Source: Lama glama (lineage: Eukaryota). From it: a stretch of DNA of 64,000 nt. The translations under genes were made by a program, and so were the position numbers. Below the pieces are notes generated by a model, which ran no database searches, was not told the origin of the DNA, and saw nothing but the letters and a program-made list of their open reading frames with translations. Shown piece after piece: positions 11,560 through 24,230 of this stretch (position 1 is the stretch's first letter; each line of letters starts with the position of its first letter). The stretch is taken from assembly GCA_028534125.1 (NCBI GenBank), contig CM052816.1, forward strand, positions 49,354,001 through 49,418,000. The letters are read 5' to 3'.

Positions 11560-13890
11560 GCCATGGTGAATTAGCTAAAATCAGACTAATCCTTCTGCAG
11601 AAAGTAAGCCAAGAAGTTACATAAAGTCTGAGAAACATCTATTAAAAAACGTAAGAGAGAAAATAGCAACCAGATTTGAAGGATCAAGATCCAAAAGAAA
11701 AGTACAGAGATATAAATCCAAGATTCTAAGTACCTGTCTCTCAGTCTGCCTTAGCCCTCTTGATATATTTGCCGATTTGATACCTCTGTTAAGGAGGCTA
11801 AGATGTTGGGCAGTTTTCAAGAGTTGAATGGGGCTAGGAGACAAATTTTAGAATTAAGGACCTGGTGAGGAGGAAGGGCTTTGGAAAATATTCCATATTT
11901 TTAGACAGAAATCTTGAAGGTCTATATCCTAAAAATAAGGAAATAATAAATCAATCCAAACAATAAGTTCTTAATAGGGATAAGATAAAAGAATAGAAAA
12001 AAAAAAACTAGATTGTATCCTAGTTTTCAGAAACACTTTAACTCTGCCTTAAACTAGCTCAAACACTGGATCTTTTTTCATTGTAACTGCCTGTGAGAAA
12101 CAAAATAATTCCTCTCTGAAGAAATAACATCAACATAGGCTCAGATTATCTTTGCAATTTTTCAGACACAACATGCTGCATTCAAGTAAAAATTACCAGA
12201 CACACCACAAATGAGCCTAAATGAGCAAACCAAGAGAACATAAATGGACAATAGAAATCAGCCTATTGACAATACCAGATATGAGGTTTAAAATAACTGT
12301 GATTAATATATTTAAAATAATGAGGAACAATAATTTCAGGAGGAAACTGGAATCCAGATTTTAAAAAGATTAATGAGAATTTTAGTCTGAAAGCTATAAT
12401 GAAGTACTAAATAAATGATCTTAATAGCAATTCTGATGGAGCAAAAGATATTAGTAAGATTAAAATAGGTTAGCACAGTATACCCAGACTAAAACCTGGC
12501 AAGGAAATGTGATGGGGGAAAAAAATGAAAAATAGAATAAGAGATACATGGGCACATTGACAAAGTCTAGCATATGTTAGAAAGGAGAGAGAAAATAGAA
12601 GTAATATTTAAATACATAATGGCCAAAATACTTCCAAAATCTATCAGAAGATATCATCATAGATTAAAGAATCTCTACGAAAAGATTTTTTTAGAAGCAA
12701 AATAAAACCTAGACACACCATACTAAAATTGGTAAAAACAAACAGACAAAGACAAAGAGAACATGTTAAAACGCAGCCAGGGAATGATTTCAAAGAAATT
12801 AAGTTGAAAACATAAGTCTGACTGCAAGCTTCTCTGTAGGAATGAAGGAAACCACAACACAATGGAACGACACCTTCAAAGTTTTAAAAGATAAAGCTTT
12901 GAACTAGAATTTAACACTCAGCAAAACTATTCTTCAGAAATGAGGGGAAAATAAATATATTTTCATAAAAAGAATTATGAGCTGAGAGAATTACTAAAGA
13001 AATATTTTCGAGCAGAAAAGTTCCCAAATACAAATAACAGAATAAAGAGCGATGAAAATGTTAATGTGTGGATAAATGCAAATGAATATTGACTGTATAA
13101 AGCAAAACCAAGGATATTATGCAGTTTTTAAAATACATGTTGAATCAAAACAAAGCTATATTTCACAAGAATAAAAAGGTAAGGCTCTGCAATATTTGGG
13201 AAATAGAAAAGCATTAATTTGTATATGCAAAAATTGTAATTTCTGGGGTAATCACCAAAAGATTAGTAAAAGAATAAAAAATTTACAAGCTAGTAGATAA
13301 AAATCAACAAGTCATGAGTAATCCAGAGGAAGACAACAACAACAAAAAAAAGAAAGTGAAGGAATATACTACAGATGGGACAAAAACAAAAGAATAAAAA
13401 TGTTTAATACAAATATGTTAATAAATAAATGTAAGTAGAATAAATATTCTAAAAATAATGTATATTATATACTGTTGAGATTACAAAAGAAAAACAAGGG
13501 TAATTAATACTTCATGCAAGAGTCAGACCTTAAATAGAAGGATACAGAAAAACATGAAGTTAGAATGCACAGTTATTTGCCAGGATAAAATCCAAAAGAG
13601 AGAATGTGTAGTTAGACTAAAATCAGGCAAAAATGGACTTTAAAAAAGCATTACTAGAGTTTAAGGACATTTTATGATGATAAAATTTTTGAATCCCTAT
13701 GAAGATATAATTCTAAATGTGTTAGTGCTACATATATAGACTCAAAAATATCTAAGGTAAACTGACATTAATAAAAGGAAAACAAGACAAATGCACAATT
13801 GTAGTAGAAATTTTAACAAAACATCTGTGTCTGATAGAAAGAAATGACAAACCAGTAAAAGTGCAGAATATTTGAACAACATGATTAACA
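11560..13890 (+). mobile_element. Ancient L1: 5' region, ORF1 and start of ORF2 endonuclease, highly decayed
   Basis: A-rich + strand. ORF1-type motifs aaacctagacacaccatactaaaattg and aactagaattt...cagcaaaactattcttcagaaatgaggg. ORF2 EN motif ggactttaaaaaagcattactagag...ggacattttatgatgataaaa. Confidence 0.8.
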
Positions 13891-16800
13891 CTGTAATTTG
13901 TGTATGATTACGAGTAAATTTACATCTATTTAATTGTAGCATGTATGTCCAGTCTAATTTTTTAAACTTTATGTTTATAATTAAGGAGCAGAAGTGTGAA
14001 AGAGAAGTTCTTTCTATTTTTTTTACTGGACCACAATGGGTGTTTTCCGCAATGGGTGTTTTCAGTCTGATTCTCTTCAGTCTTGTTGTCAGCAGCCTCC
14101 TTAGGTCTGGTCCAGAGAAAGGCTTGCTCTGGGCTCCACAGTTCAGAATATTCTTCTTATGAGGTGAAGGGTCTGCAAGAGTGAAGCGAAATGCCCCCCT
14201 GGACATGTCCTCTTCCCCTCTCTAGATCATGCTTAGGGTACTTTGTCAGCCCTAGCGTTAAATGCTTCGTCTACTAGGATTTCTCTGTTTTGTGTCTTTA
14301 TGATTATTTTAATAAAACTCAAGTGTCTTTATCTCAGGCAACTATTTAAGAGTTTAAGTAAGTAGCTTCTCTTTGTTAAATATGAAAATGGAAGTTCAAT
14401 AAATATCGGAGCAACTTATTTTACTTCATGATGATATTTTTTAAACACCTCCCCATTACATAGTGATCCAGTGACTGCTATTTTATGCTTTAAATGTATG
14501 TTTACTTTAAGACAAATATAAATTTACCTTGGAATGTTGGCCATTCTTCCTTTTTTCTTACCAAACAATTCTTCGATTTTGTGCTTTGAGCAATTCATTT
14601 TTGTATTCGTAATGGAGGTAGTGGAGTAAGGGTCAACACAGATGCTTTGCTGAAAGGGCATGTAGCCCAAAGGGTCAGAGAGATAATTGAGTCTGAGCGC
14701 ACAAATGAATGTCATGGCTGAAATTATTCCCACGTCAGTAGTGTTATTACAAAGGCACTACCATTAAATAATCCTTTCTTTTCTAATGTCAGTCAAGTCT
14801 GAAAGTAAATAAATAATTTTTAAAAAGATAAAATACTGTGAGATGCAATGAGGAAAAAAATAAAATCAACATTTCCTGCAACCTAAAGCTTCAGGAAGTA
14901 CTTAGAGTTAATTTAAATAAATACACTTAAAAAATCCCCCATGCTATTATTTGAAAGTATTTTATTTACATTAAAAAGTTACCATCTGTTAACTGTTTTT
15001 TAAAAAGTCTCTTAAATAATGTAGATCACTATATTTTTGATTATCAAATCTTGAGAGAGAATTCTCCAAAAAGCAGACTTCTAAAACTAGGGTATTTTTT
15101 TCATCAGCTTGCCAAACTATAAGAGATTAATCTTAGTAACCTCTTTTTTATTAGTATATTTTAGCAGGTGTATTTTTTTCACAGTAAGTTATGTCAGTGG
15201 TCAGGTAAAAAGACCACTGCATTTACTTTGATTTTTAAAATCCATATTAGATTTATTAGAAATTCATAAATCTAGTTTATGAATCTAGTAAATCTAATTT
15301 TACCTAGTATATTATAATATATGATTCTAACAAACTTTATCATCTTTAAGTTGGCCTTAAATATAGTTGGTTAATTTTATTTTCTTAATGTTTTATCTGC
15401 ATTTCTAAAGGAAATATATTCAAATTTTTCTTTAAATATTTTTATATTCTAAATAATAAAATCTCAAGTTTTCTAGAAATGTTCAGGTATCAAATAAATT
15501 ATAAATATTCTATCTTCAAATTCTTATGTTTTCTGAACTATTAATAAAATCTTTAATTTTTCAAATACAAATCTATATTAATCGTTCAGTTATACACTTT
15601 GAATGAAAAGAGTAAGCCTTTTGAATACCAAAAAAATGTCTTGAGCATCACAAAGATACTCTATTAGTTATTTTCTGGACTTAATTCTAAATCGTTCAGG
15701 TTAAAAGACTCACTGGAGTATAGTAGAATTATCCCGCGTAAACTGGGCTCTGAGTCACAGGTATCTCAAGTTAGACAGCAGGAGAGCTGCTTAGTGGAAA
15801 GCTGGTATTTGCTGCCTCCTCACCTCCAGCCCCCCACCATCCCAGGCTGATTCCTATTTATTTTTACTGTAACGAGGATTCCATATGATACCAAACAGTT
15901 GAGCTTTCAGTTCAAATCTCTTAGGGTTAATTTACATATTACTTCATTCTCATCTGAATCTTCAAACTCATTGCCAGATTATAGCTATCATTTTTTTGCT
16001 ACTTATTTAGACCCCTCTGCCCCCCTTTTTTTAGTTACTTTGAGAACATGCTAGTGCTTTCTCTTCATTTAAAGACTTCTTTCCATTGTACACTTCACAT
16101 GCTTATATATTCTTTCATATCATTTTGAACTCTTTTGCCTCATTTAGCTAGCAAGAATGCTATACTGCTTTCCACACATTTTTTTCCTGTCTTGCAAGTC
16201 CAGAGCTTTTGTACACTTACTAAAATGACCTCCCATTGGATTTCACATATATCTTCTCACTTCTGACTCTGTAGTCAAACTCTAAAGCTATATTGGTAAC
16301 AGTAATAAATATTTAGTCAGGGCTGAGATTGAGCCTCAGCTGCTATTCAGAGTGAGCATGTGTAACAAGCCCACTATGAGAGGGTACCCTTCCAGAAACT
16401 AAAGTTGTATTCTTTCCTATTTTCAAGTTAAAAAAAAAAAAAAGGCCAGAAAACTATCTTGGGATCATTAAAGCTAGCCTCCCTTAGAAAGATTGAGAAG
16501 AAAGACACAAATTAAACTCTTTGTATTGTGAGGGTTGAACATGAAAATCTTTAGAACCCTTTGTTCGGGTGGGAGATGAGAGGTGAAGAGAAGAAATAAC
16601 CTAGGAAGTAAAGTCATGTTCTCAATCTTTTCATAGGGAATGCTTCTGGAAACAACTCATGCCATTATAGAAGACTGTGGGAACTAAACAGTCTGTGTTG
16701 TGAGAGCTACAGTTTTGGTTGGGGTGGAGGAGGTTCGTGCATGGTGTTCAAGGACCTATTGGACTGTGCTGGACCAAAATTCAATAGCAACACATTGTGG

Positions 16801-17329
16801 CATCCAAATAGTACTAAGGGTGGACTGATCAGACTTCAAGGCTTTCTTTGTTTGTCTGTAAGAGCTAAAATGACCACTTTTATCATTTAAGTGATTAAGA
16901 TACTTGACAATTCACGGGTATCTGAAAAAAGAGTTGGCGAGTTCTTGAGCAGTGAGTTAGAAAAATAAAAGGAAGGTGATCTTCTCTGCCTCAAATTTGA
17001 TAATCAATGAATAGACATTAGAATTTAATTTGAAAAGTGGCTATGCTCTAAGTATCTGTATCTGTGTGATTGAGATGACATACATGTTATGTATAAAGCT
17101 TTCAAGATGTTGTGATGTGGGTAATAATGTCACAGAAGAAGGAAAATGATAGATAACTGAATGCCTTCCCTCAGCCAGACTCCAGGGACTAATGGTGGCC
17201 CACCACAGGGAGAAGGAACAGGGCAGAAGGTAAAGTAACTGTTTACAGAATGGACATTTTTGTTTTGACACAAGCAGAGCTGATTCAGGGCCCACATGCT
17301 GACACATATAATCCAGAGTTGGGAAGTGG

Positions 17330-17899
17330 CTTTTTTCTCCCTATATTTTATTTTTAATTTTCTGTATATTATGATGTTTGGATATGTTTTTTTAAAAAAA
17401 ATGAAACCACCTTTCTTGTTGGGAAGAGACTGTCTCTCCTGGCTAGTCCATTCTTAGGTAAAGCAAAGGGACCAGTGGGGAACATGCCTTTGATGTGCAA
17501 ACTAACCAGTCTAGAGCGCTATCGCCTCTACCTGGCACATGTTTCCCAGGAGGTACTATTCCTCTGCTTTAATCATCCCAAGGCCAGGAGGTACTAGGCA
17601 ACTGGGGACCATCTGTAGCCCAAGCCAGCTGGAATTATTCACAGTAGCCAATGCTAAACTGGTTTACCCTGTCTTGCCTTAGTCTTCCTGAAGAAACCCC
17701 AGGAAAGGCCGTGGCCTAAGCTCCCCTTGTGCCTCCTGACCTGTGCTGGTGACCCTGTGGCCCTGAGTGGCGTGTGTTTACTTCCTTCTCTAGGACACTT
17801 GAGTATAATAAACCTTTTCCCTGTGCTCCTTGTTCTCGTTTCCTCCTGTGGCCGCACCAGCATTAGCATATCATGTCCAACACGTGCAATTTTAGAACA
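17330..17899 (+). mobile_element. ERVL solo LTR (MER74-like)
   Basis: gagactgtctctcctggctagtccattcttag...catgcctttgatgtgcaaactaaccagtctagagc...ttaatcatcccaaggccagg, with AATAAA near 17806. Confidence 0.8.
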
Positions 17900-18679
17900 G
17901 CCCCAGCCTCTACCCCAAGCATCTGAACAGCTGTGGCAGCTCAGGGTCCAGTGTGTCCATCATGGGAGGAGGGGTGTTGCCACTGAAGGAACGACAGTGA
18001 CCAACAGCAGTCACTGGCCTGCCCAGCAGAGCAGTTCTGCAAAAAACACAGAACCAGAACAGACTGCTTTCTGATTCCCATTAGACACATTTTAGAGACT
18101 CCCAGAAACAATTCTAAAGTACACACAGATTTCCTAAAATTATGCGAAAAACAAGCCAGCAGTATTGGGGAATTTATATTAGCGTGACCTGATTGGACCT
18201 ATAGGCTGGGGAGGCAGAAGGACATTCCGATTTTACATCAGTTACTGAATATGTATGTGCAGTTCAAGGTGTTCTTGGTTCCTGCACTTGTCAGGGGTGA
18301 ATAAATGTTTTGTTTTGCTTTGACTTTTTAAACATAATTATTAAGAATTGATTTAAGGGAGGTCACATGAGTGTGAACAGTTGCTATCTGTTCAACTCGG
18401 TGTCATCAACTCTATGAGTATTTCCAGTGCCGTTCAATAAATATTTATTAAGCTGAAGTGAAATAGATAGGAAAATGCGAGCCAGCCTATGAAAGGGTGC
18501 CCATGGAGGAACCTAAGGAACTTTGCTGAGTTTTCCAAAAACAAAAATTGTGGGGAAGGTAGTTTTCTTTTCTGTTTTCATAGGAGAAGATTGTTGTCAA
18601 TTACACAGCCCTAATGACTATAGAGCACTGTTGGTCCATGATGTGTTAAGTGTTAGTCAGTACTAGCTAATCTTCCTTG

Positions 18680-19490
18680 AGTGTCACTATATGGTAGGTA
18701 CTAGATTAGGTCATTTAAAATTATCATCTCATTTAATCTTTTCAGCAATCCTGTGTAGAACTATTCTTCCATTCCTTTTGATTTTACAAATTAAGATACA
18801 GAGAAGTAGATTGGTTTAATAATTTTAGTGAGGAACCAGTGAATACCTGTGAAGGCTCTAGGATTTTACCCTGCTTGCAAACAAGTTAGTGTGCCATCGT
18901 TTCATGGATGCTGGTAGAATACATGAGACTTTTGGGTCAGAGACAAAGGACTTTGTTATTTATTACACTGTGAATAGCACGAGTTTCATGTTCATGTCAG
19001 TCCCTTTGCCCCCAAGTCCCATGTGGGCAAGAGAGAAGGATCCAGTTGGATGCTCAGCACACAGTGGGTCTGTGTTACCACTGAGGAAACCCCAAACTCA
19101 GGAATCTGATATTTCATAAGAAAGAATAAGATAAGCCGCTTGGTCTGTACTCTGGAGAGAGACTTTGTTTTTATTTTACTGTCTTTCTTTTACTTTATTT
19201 TATTTTACTCTTCTCCAGAGGAAGATACTCTGTATTCCAAAATTGTTCACTATAAACAAGCATTGCTGAAAAGATACTGTGGAATATAAGGACAGTTAGT
19301 CTCTGCTTATAAAATAAGCAGATGTAAGAGACACATATTGAAATAAGTCTCCCCATATGACCTCCTTCTCATACGTATACCAAGTCACCAATAACTTTTC
19401 CCATGAGTTTGTCACTCTGTCACTAGTCTGATGAATAGTTCTCATTAGCAGAGCTAGGATTTTAAACCTAGACATTCTGACTCTTATGTC
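18680..19490 (-). mobile_element. MIR split by an LTR insertion
   Basis: ttatcatctcatttaatcttttcagcaatcctgtg before 18830, and gcagagctaggattttaaacctagacattctgactc after 19440. Confidence 0.55.
18848..19357 (-). mobile_element. ERVL LTR (LTR40-like)
   Basis: ggattttaccctgcttgcaa...ttcatggatgctggtagaatacatgagacttttgggtcagagacaaaggacttt. Confidence 0.7.
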
Positions 19491-22400
19491 TCTGAAAAGA
19501 CATCTAAAGGTACTGAGAATAGTAAAGATCTAGAATAATTTAGAAACTTGGCACTAACTAACCAATAGAGAAAGAACTCAGACTCTAGGTTAAAGGGTTG
19601 AGAGAAATGAACTAAGATGAAAAAGAGCATTGTGTGACCTTGAGATCAGAAAATTACAGCTTCACTTTTTGTTATCTTCATTTTCTTAAGAGTTAATATC
19701 TGTGTTAAAAAATAAAAACTATTTTGTCCTAATATTGAAGACAAATTTGCTTGACAGCTATAAATTATGGTAGATTTCTTTTTAAAATGTATGCTTGTTC
19801 ATGAAACAGGCATATATTTAATATTAATATGTTCCAGGGCTTCTTATAGGTTCTACTGTTCAGGCATATTAAACTGTCTATTCAAATATGCACTGAAAGG
19901 ATTAAAAATACTGGCTATTTGGTGTCAATTCCATGAATTAGTCTAGATCCTTACTCAGTGTTCTCACACATCATTTTAAAGAGACATAGTGATTACAAGC
20001 ATGGACTCTTTAGTGGGATTGCCTACATTTAAATCTTGAGTCAAATACCAAGTAACTGGGGTGAGCTTTGTCATAGCTCATATCATGTTATAAAAGATCA
20101 GAGTCACCCAGGAAGATTGATTCAAGAGAAAAAGCAAGATAGAGGTGACTACTTTTGTGATGGTGCTTCATTTTAAGGCTCTTCTTACCTCTTCAAGTCT
20201 CACCCCTCATCCTTCCCTGGCCCCTGCACCATCACAAGGCATCTGTGAGCAGAACCATTCTGATAGCTCCTTCACCCCAGCCCACTGTCCTTTCCTCCTC
20301 CGCACCACCACCAATGTAATGCTTATCCCACTGCACTGGGATTTCCTGCCCCTTCCAAAATGTGTACCCTAGGGTGCAGCTTCCTTTCCTAGCTGATGCA
20401 TCAATCATATAAAACAGAGAACCAGGTTGGCATCATCTTTTTTTTAGCAGGGACATCACCTGTGTGTTGGTCTCTACTTACCTTTCTGGTGACTCTCCTG
20501 CAATATCTCTGATTCCTTTCCTCTCGTTCATTTCAGACTTCCTGTGTTTGATCTAGGGTAAATGTAAAACAAACAAGGCTTATCAGTCCCAGGAGTTGAA
20601 TCTAAATGTGTAATAACTTCTTTAAAATAAAATCTTTACATCTCTTGCTGAATTCCCTTGATGTTTCTAATTTTATGTTATCAATTTTGGTTTCTTAAAT
20701 ATATTTTCCAGTGACTTGACCATTTTGTTCATCTTCCCCAAAGAACCAGCTCATAACTTGTCAGTTCTGCTGTTCTTTTTTCTTTCTTATCTGAATCATA
20801 ATTCGTTAATCTCTTCTTGCATTTTTCTTTATCTTGCTTTATTTTTAATCTAACCATCCTAGAGTAGACTTCTGGTAGTTGTTTCAGAATGTATGCATCT
20901 TAGAACAATTGAAATGATAATTTAAATATACATAGTTCCTCAACCCTACTAAAGAGAAAGATTTTAATGTCCCTAATGTGTTAATCCTATCATTCTTTTG
21001 AGGGCTAAGGCAGGTGGTTTGTGCGTGAGCAAAACATGTTCTTAAAGTCACTAAGAGCACCACAGTTAATGAAAGTTGAAGGAAAAAATGCGAACAAAAA
21101 ACTTGTGAGAACATACAGAAGAGAAACATTTCCTCTACTTCAAGGAGACTTGGAACCTTCAGAAGCTTCGCCTCTGGAGTCAACCAGTAGGAGTTTTCTA
21201 ATGCAGACAGATTTCTGGGGCTTTGGTTTGGAGAAGACTTTGCTCCCCACAGGACAACCATTTACATAGAATCAAACAGTTTTCATCTTTGTGTCTTGGC
21301 CTTTTATAAAGCTTTTTATAAAGAAGGGAAAGTGCTCTGAACACAGCAGTTGTTCCCTAATTCTTTGGGGGGTTTAACAGAAGAAGAGAAGCACTGTGGT
21401 TTTTCAGTCTTTTGAGTATCTTGATTTGTTCTGAAGTTTGGCTTTGGATGTGCTTTGCATTTAATATATGTTTTAAATCAGTAAATGCATGCATTGTATC
21501 TATATTTTATATATTTTCTAAAAATTTTTATTATATTTACATACATACGTATGTATAAAGGAAGTACACGTGTAAAATGTCTATATTAAGATATGAGTGA
21601 GAATAAAATCTAAAGCAAACTATGGGTGGTAACTTAGAAGGGAATGAGGGATGTCCTCCCAATGTTTTAAAACACAAACAGAAGGGGCAGATCATTTTCT
21701 GAGATGATGTGCATCCAGTGATACAGATCAGTATATTTTACCATGTTGCTCCACATGGCAAGGATGAATTCTGAATTCCATAATTTATTTGGTTGGCATA
21801 GTTCTAGCTTATGCAAACTATCCTTCAACTACATATAACAGACATCAACTTCCTATCAGTCCAGAGGGACAATCTGTTAAGATCCCAAGCAAGAAACACA
21901 TAGAAATGATTTGTAACTGTGAAACTTGTTGACACAGACACATCACAAGGAAGAGGACTACAGCCCATCAGCCTTACAGAAGAGAAACTCCATTTCTCCT
22001 AACTGTTGTCCAAAATGGGCTTAATTAAAGCAAATGAAAGTTTTGCTCAGCAGTCCTCAAGACAACTTCAGTGGAGTAACCTCTACAAATAAGATTTTGC
22101 ATGCTTTTGTTTGATGCTAAATAAGAACTTTGGTTAGAAAGAATTCAAGTCACCTTCAGCTAATGAAGCACTCTCCAGCCCTCTTTCCCTGGACTAGGGA
22201 AGAAGAGGGCTGTCCCTTCCTGAAAGGAAACACCACAAGAGCAGTTTACAGAAAAATGCCAGGGAAAGGAGATGTGATGGGTGGTAGAGTGGGTTTTAGA
22301 ATCCCTCTACTCAGAAATGAGCCATAAATGTAGCAGATATCGTTGATTCCTAGACTTGTCTTTCAACCCATTCTGAATACATATTGGGAAAGAGATAAGG

Positions 22401-23599
22401 ACCTCAAATTCTATCTAGCTTTCTATACCTATATTTAGATTTGTTTTTCCCTCTTGAACCCTGGAAAACCAGGCTGTTCAGAAGTATTGTAGTATAGGTA
22501 GCTTCCTCAAAGTTTTAGGAAAATATTGTTAAGGATTCATGATTCTGTAAGCCTCTGAGAGACTACTACTGTCCAATAAAGTTGGATTTCCAAATTCTAA
22601 GTTTGAAATCTACTCAGTCATATATATTCTTCACAAGGGAACTTCAGTGACCTAAAAAAGAATCATGGACATTAAGATGACAGTTAACCAAGTTCTGAAA
22701 ACTTTAACAAATCAGGGAAACAGTTTACAATCTTTGAAGGATACAGAATCATAGAGTACACAAGGCAAACATGAAATATCGGAAAAAAGTCTATTTTACA
22801 ATATTTAACAAGCATATGAGAAAAAAATACTTGTTTCTAACTTAGAAAAGGGAAACAGACTTTATAAGTAGTGAATTCTCCTTTAAGAAAATCTTTCAGA
22901 TTTTGGCAGGAACTCAAATCTCTCTTTTAAGTCATTTAAGGAATGCATGAACTCTCAGGTAAGAATAGTAGCTTCCATTAAGACTTTTTTTATTGGGTGA
23001 AAGCATGTCATCACATTTTCAGGAGAGGATTCTAATTATCTTCCATTATTATTTTAAAATGTTTCTCCTGCAGTTGTTTCTTGTCAACTATGTCTCAGTT
23101 ACCATCCAACATGCTACTCACCCCTGTAATTTGAATAGTTGAACTCAAGGTCCGTTCCAGTTGGTTAGAATCTGTCAAGTGATACTGACATTTGAACTTG
23201 TGCATCTGTAATCTGTTTGCTCCTACTAAGCCTTACCTCTGTGTGCCACCTATTCTCCATAATGCCTAGTGAAAAAACAGAGTTGATTTAACGACATCCT
23301 GGCCCTCTCAGCAAGGCACCCCTGTGGGCATCATGGCCCTTTACTGTATGTTGTCATAAAAACTGCCACCACCATAGTTATTCAGCATATGTTTTTAAAT
23401 GCCTAAGTTTTGCAAACACTGTACTAAATTTACAGGAGTTCAGAAATGACCACCATAGAAACTTTTTCCTCTAGTGACTAATCCTGAGGAGGTTGGAGTT
23501 AGCATAATGCATTTCCCTGCCTCCACACTCACAACCATCCCACCAGTGACACCAACATGTACACATCCTGGAAAACTCAGACTTTTAGGGAGTAAAAAG

Positions 23600-24230
23600 A
23601 AATAGCAAAATATTTTCACATCAGTTGGATGTGAAAATGAGTCCTAAGTGTAATTTGAATGTCCTTTCTCTTCGGTGAGGTTGAGCACCTATAATAGCTT
23701 TGCAGCTGTTGGTGTTTCTTTGACAGTGAATTCTCTGTTCATATCTTTTGCTCAGTTTATTGACTGATATATCTCTTTCTTACTAATTTGTAAATTTAGA
23801 CTGGGAAATCCAAATTTACCTAAATATATATTAGGAAAAATAGCCATTCATACATAACATGAATTGCAGTTTGATCAGTATTTTGTCTTTTTTTTTTTTA
23901 CCAGTTTGATCGGTATTTTGTCTTTGCTTATGGTATGATGTTTTACATTTGTCTAGGTGGTGTATGTGTCTGCATTTTAGTTAGATGTATTAATCACTTC
24001 GTAAAATAATCATCTTGGGTTCTTCCTGCGGTTTCATTGGTAGAATGACCTTCGATATTTTGGGTTCATTCTGTGTAAATCATAGAGATGCGTTCTTCAG
24101 TTGGTAGATAGGTTTGTATTTGCCATCATTATTTCCAAATGGCTACTCAATTCTACAACCACATTAATAGACAAAGCCATGTTTCCCCATTCAATTCTTA
24201 TATGTGTTTGTGTCCATCTTTATCCATTTT
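23600..24230 (-). mobile_element. Old L1 fragment (L1ME-like)
   Basis: tgaggttgagcacct...tctgttcatatcttttgctcagttt, the L1 ORF2 3' antisense pattern. Confidence 0.6.

Larger units (their letters stand above)
5278..15800 (-). pseudogene. Candidate spliced degenerate gene or lncRNA with five putative exons: ~15800-15714, 14798-14528, 7525-7402, 7047-6974, 5559-~5270
   Basis: Donors CCA|gtgagt, AAG|gtaaat, CAA|gtaaga, GAA|gtaagc. Acceptors tttactttcag|, gtttggtag|, taataaag| (weak), tgattttag|. Phases are compatible from the ATG at 14715. One in-frame TAA at 7509-7507. AATAAA at 5283-5278. The L1 insertions fall in the predicted introns. Confidence 0.35.

Noticed and set aside
11561..11603. Apparent + strand exon (cttttag|...AAA|gtaagc)
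   Set aside because: It lies at the 5' end of an old L1 and has no partner exons.
13742..14206. 154-aa minus-strand ORF
   Set aside because: Its 3' part runs into AT-rich and antisense L1 sequence, with no recognisable domain.
14150..14225. Minus-strand peptide GKRTCPGGHFA resembling a cytochrome P450 heme motif
   Set aside because: It lacks the upstream FxxG, is flanked by stops, and no other P450 motifs occur in order nearby.
14710..14760. CLCNNTTDVGII resembling the GPS motif of adhesion GPCRs and PKD1-like proteins
   Set aside because: The catalytic His and the following FA are absent and no transmembrane helix follows, so it is too weak to name a family.
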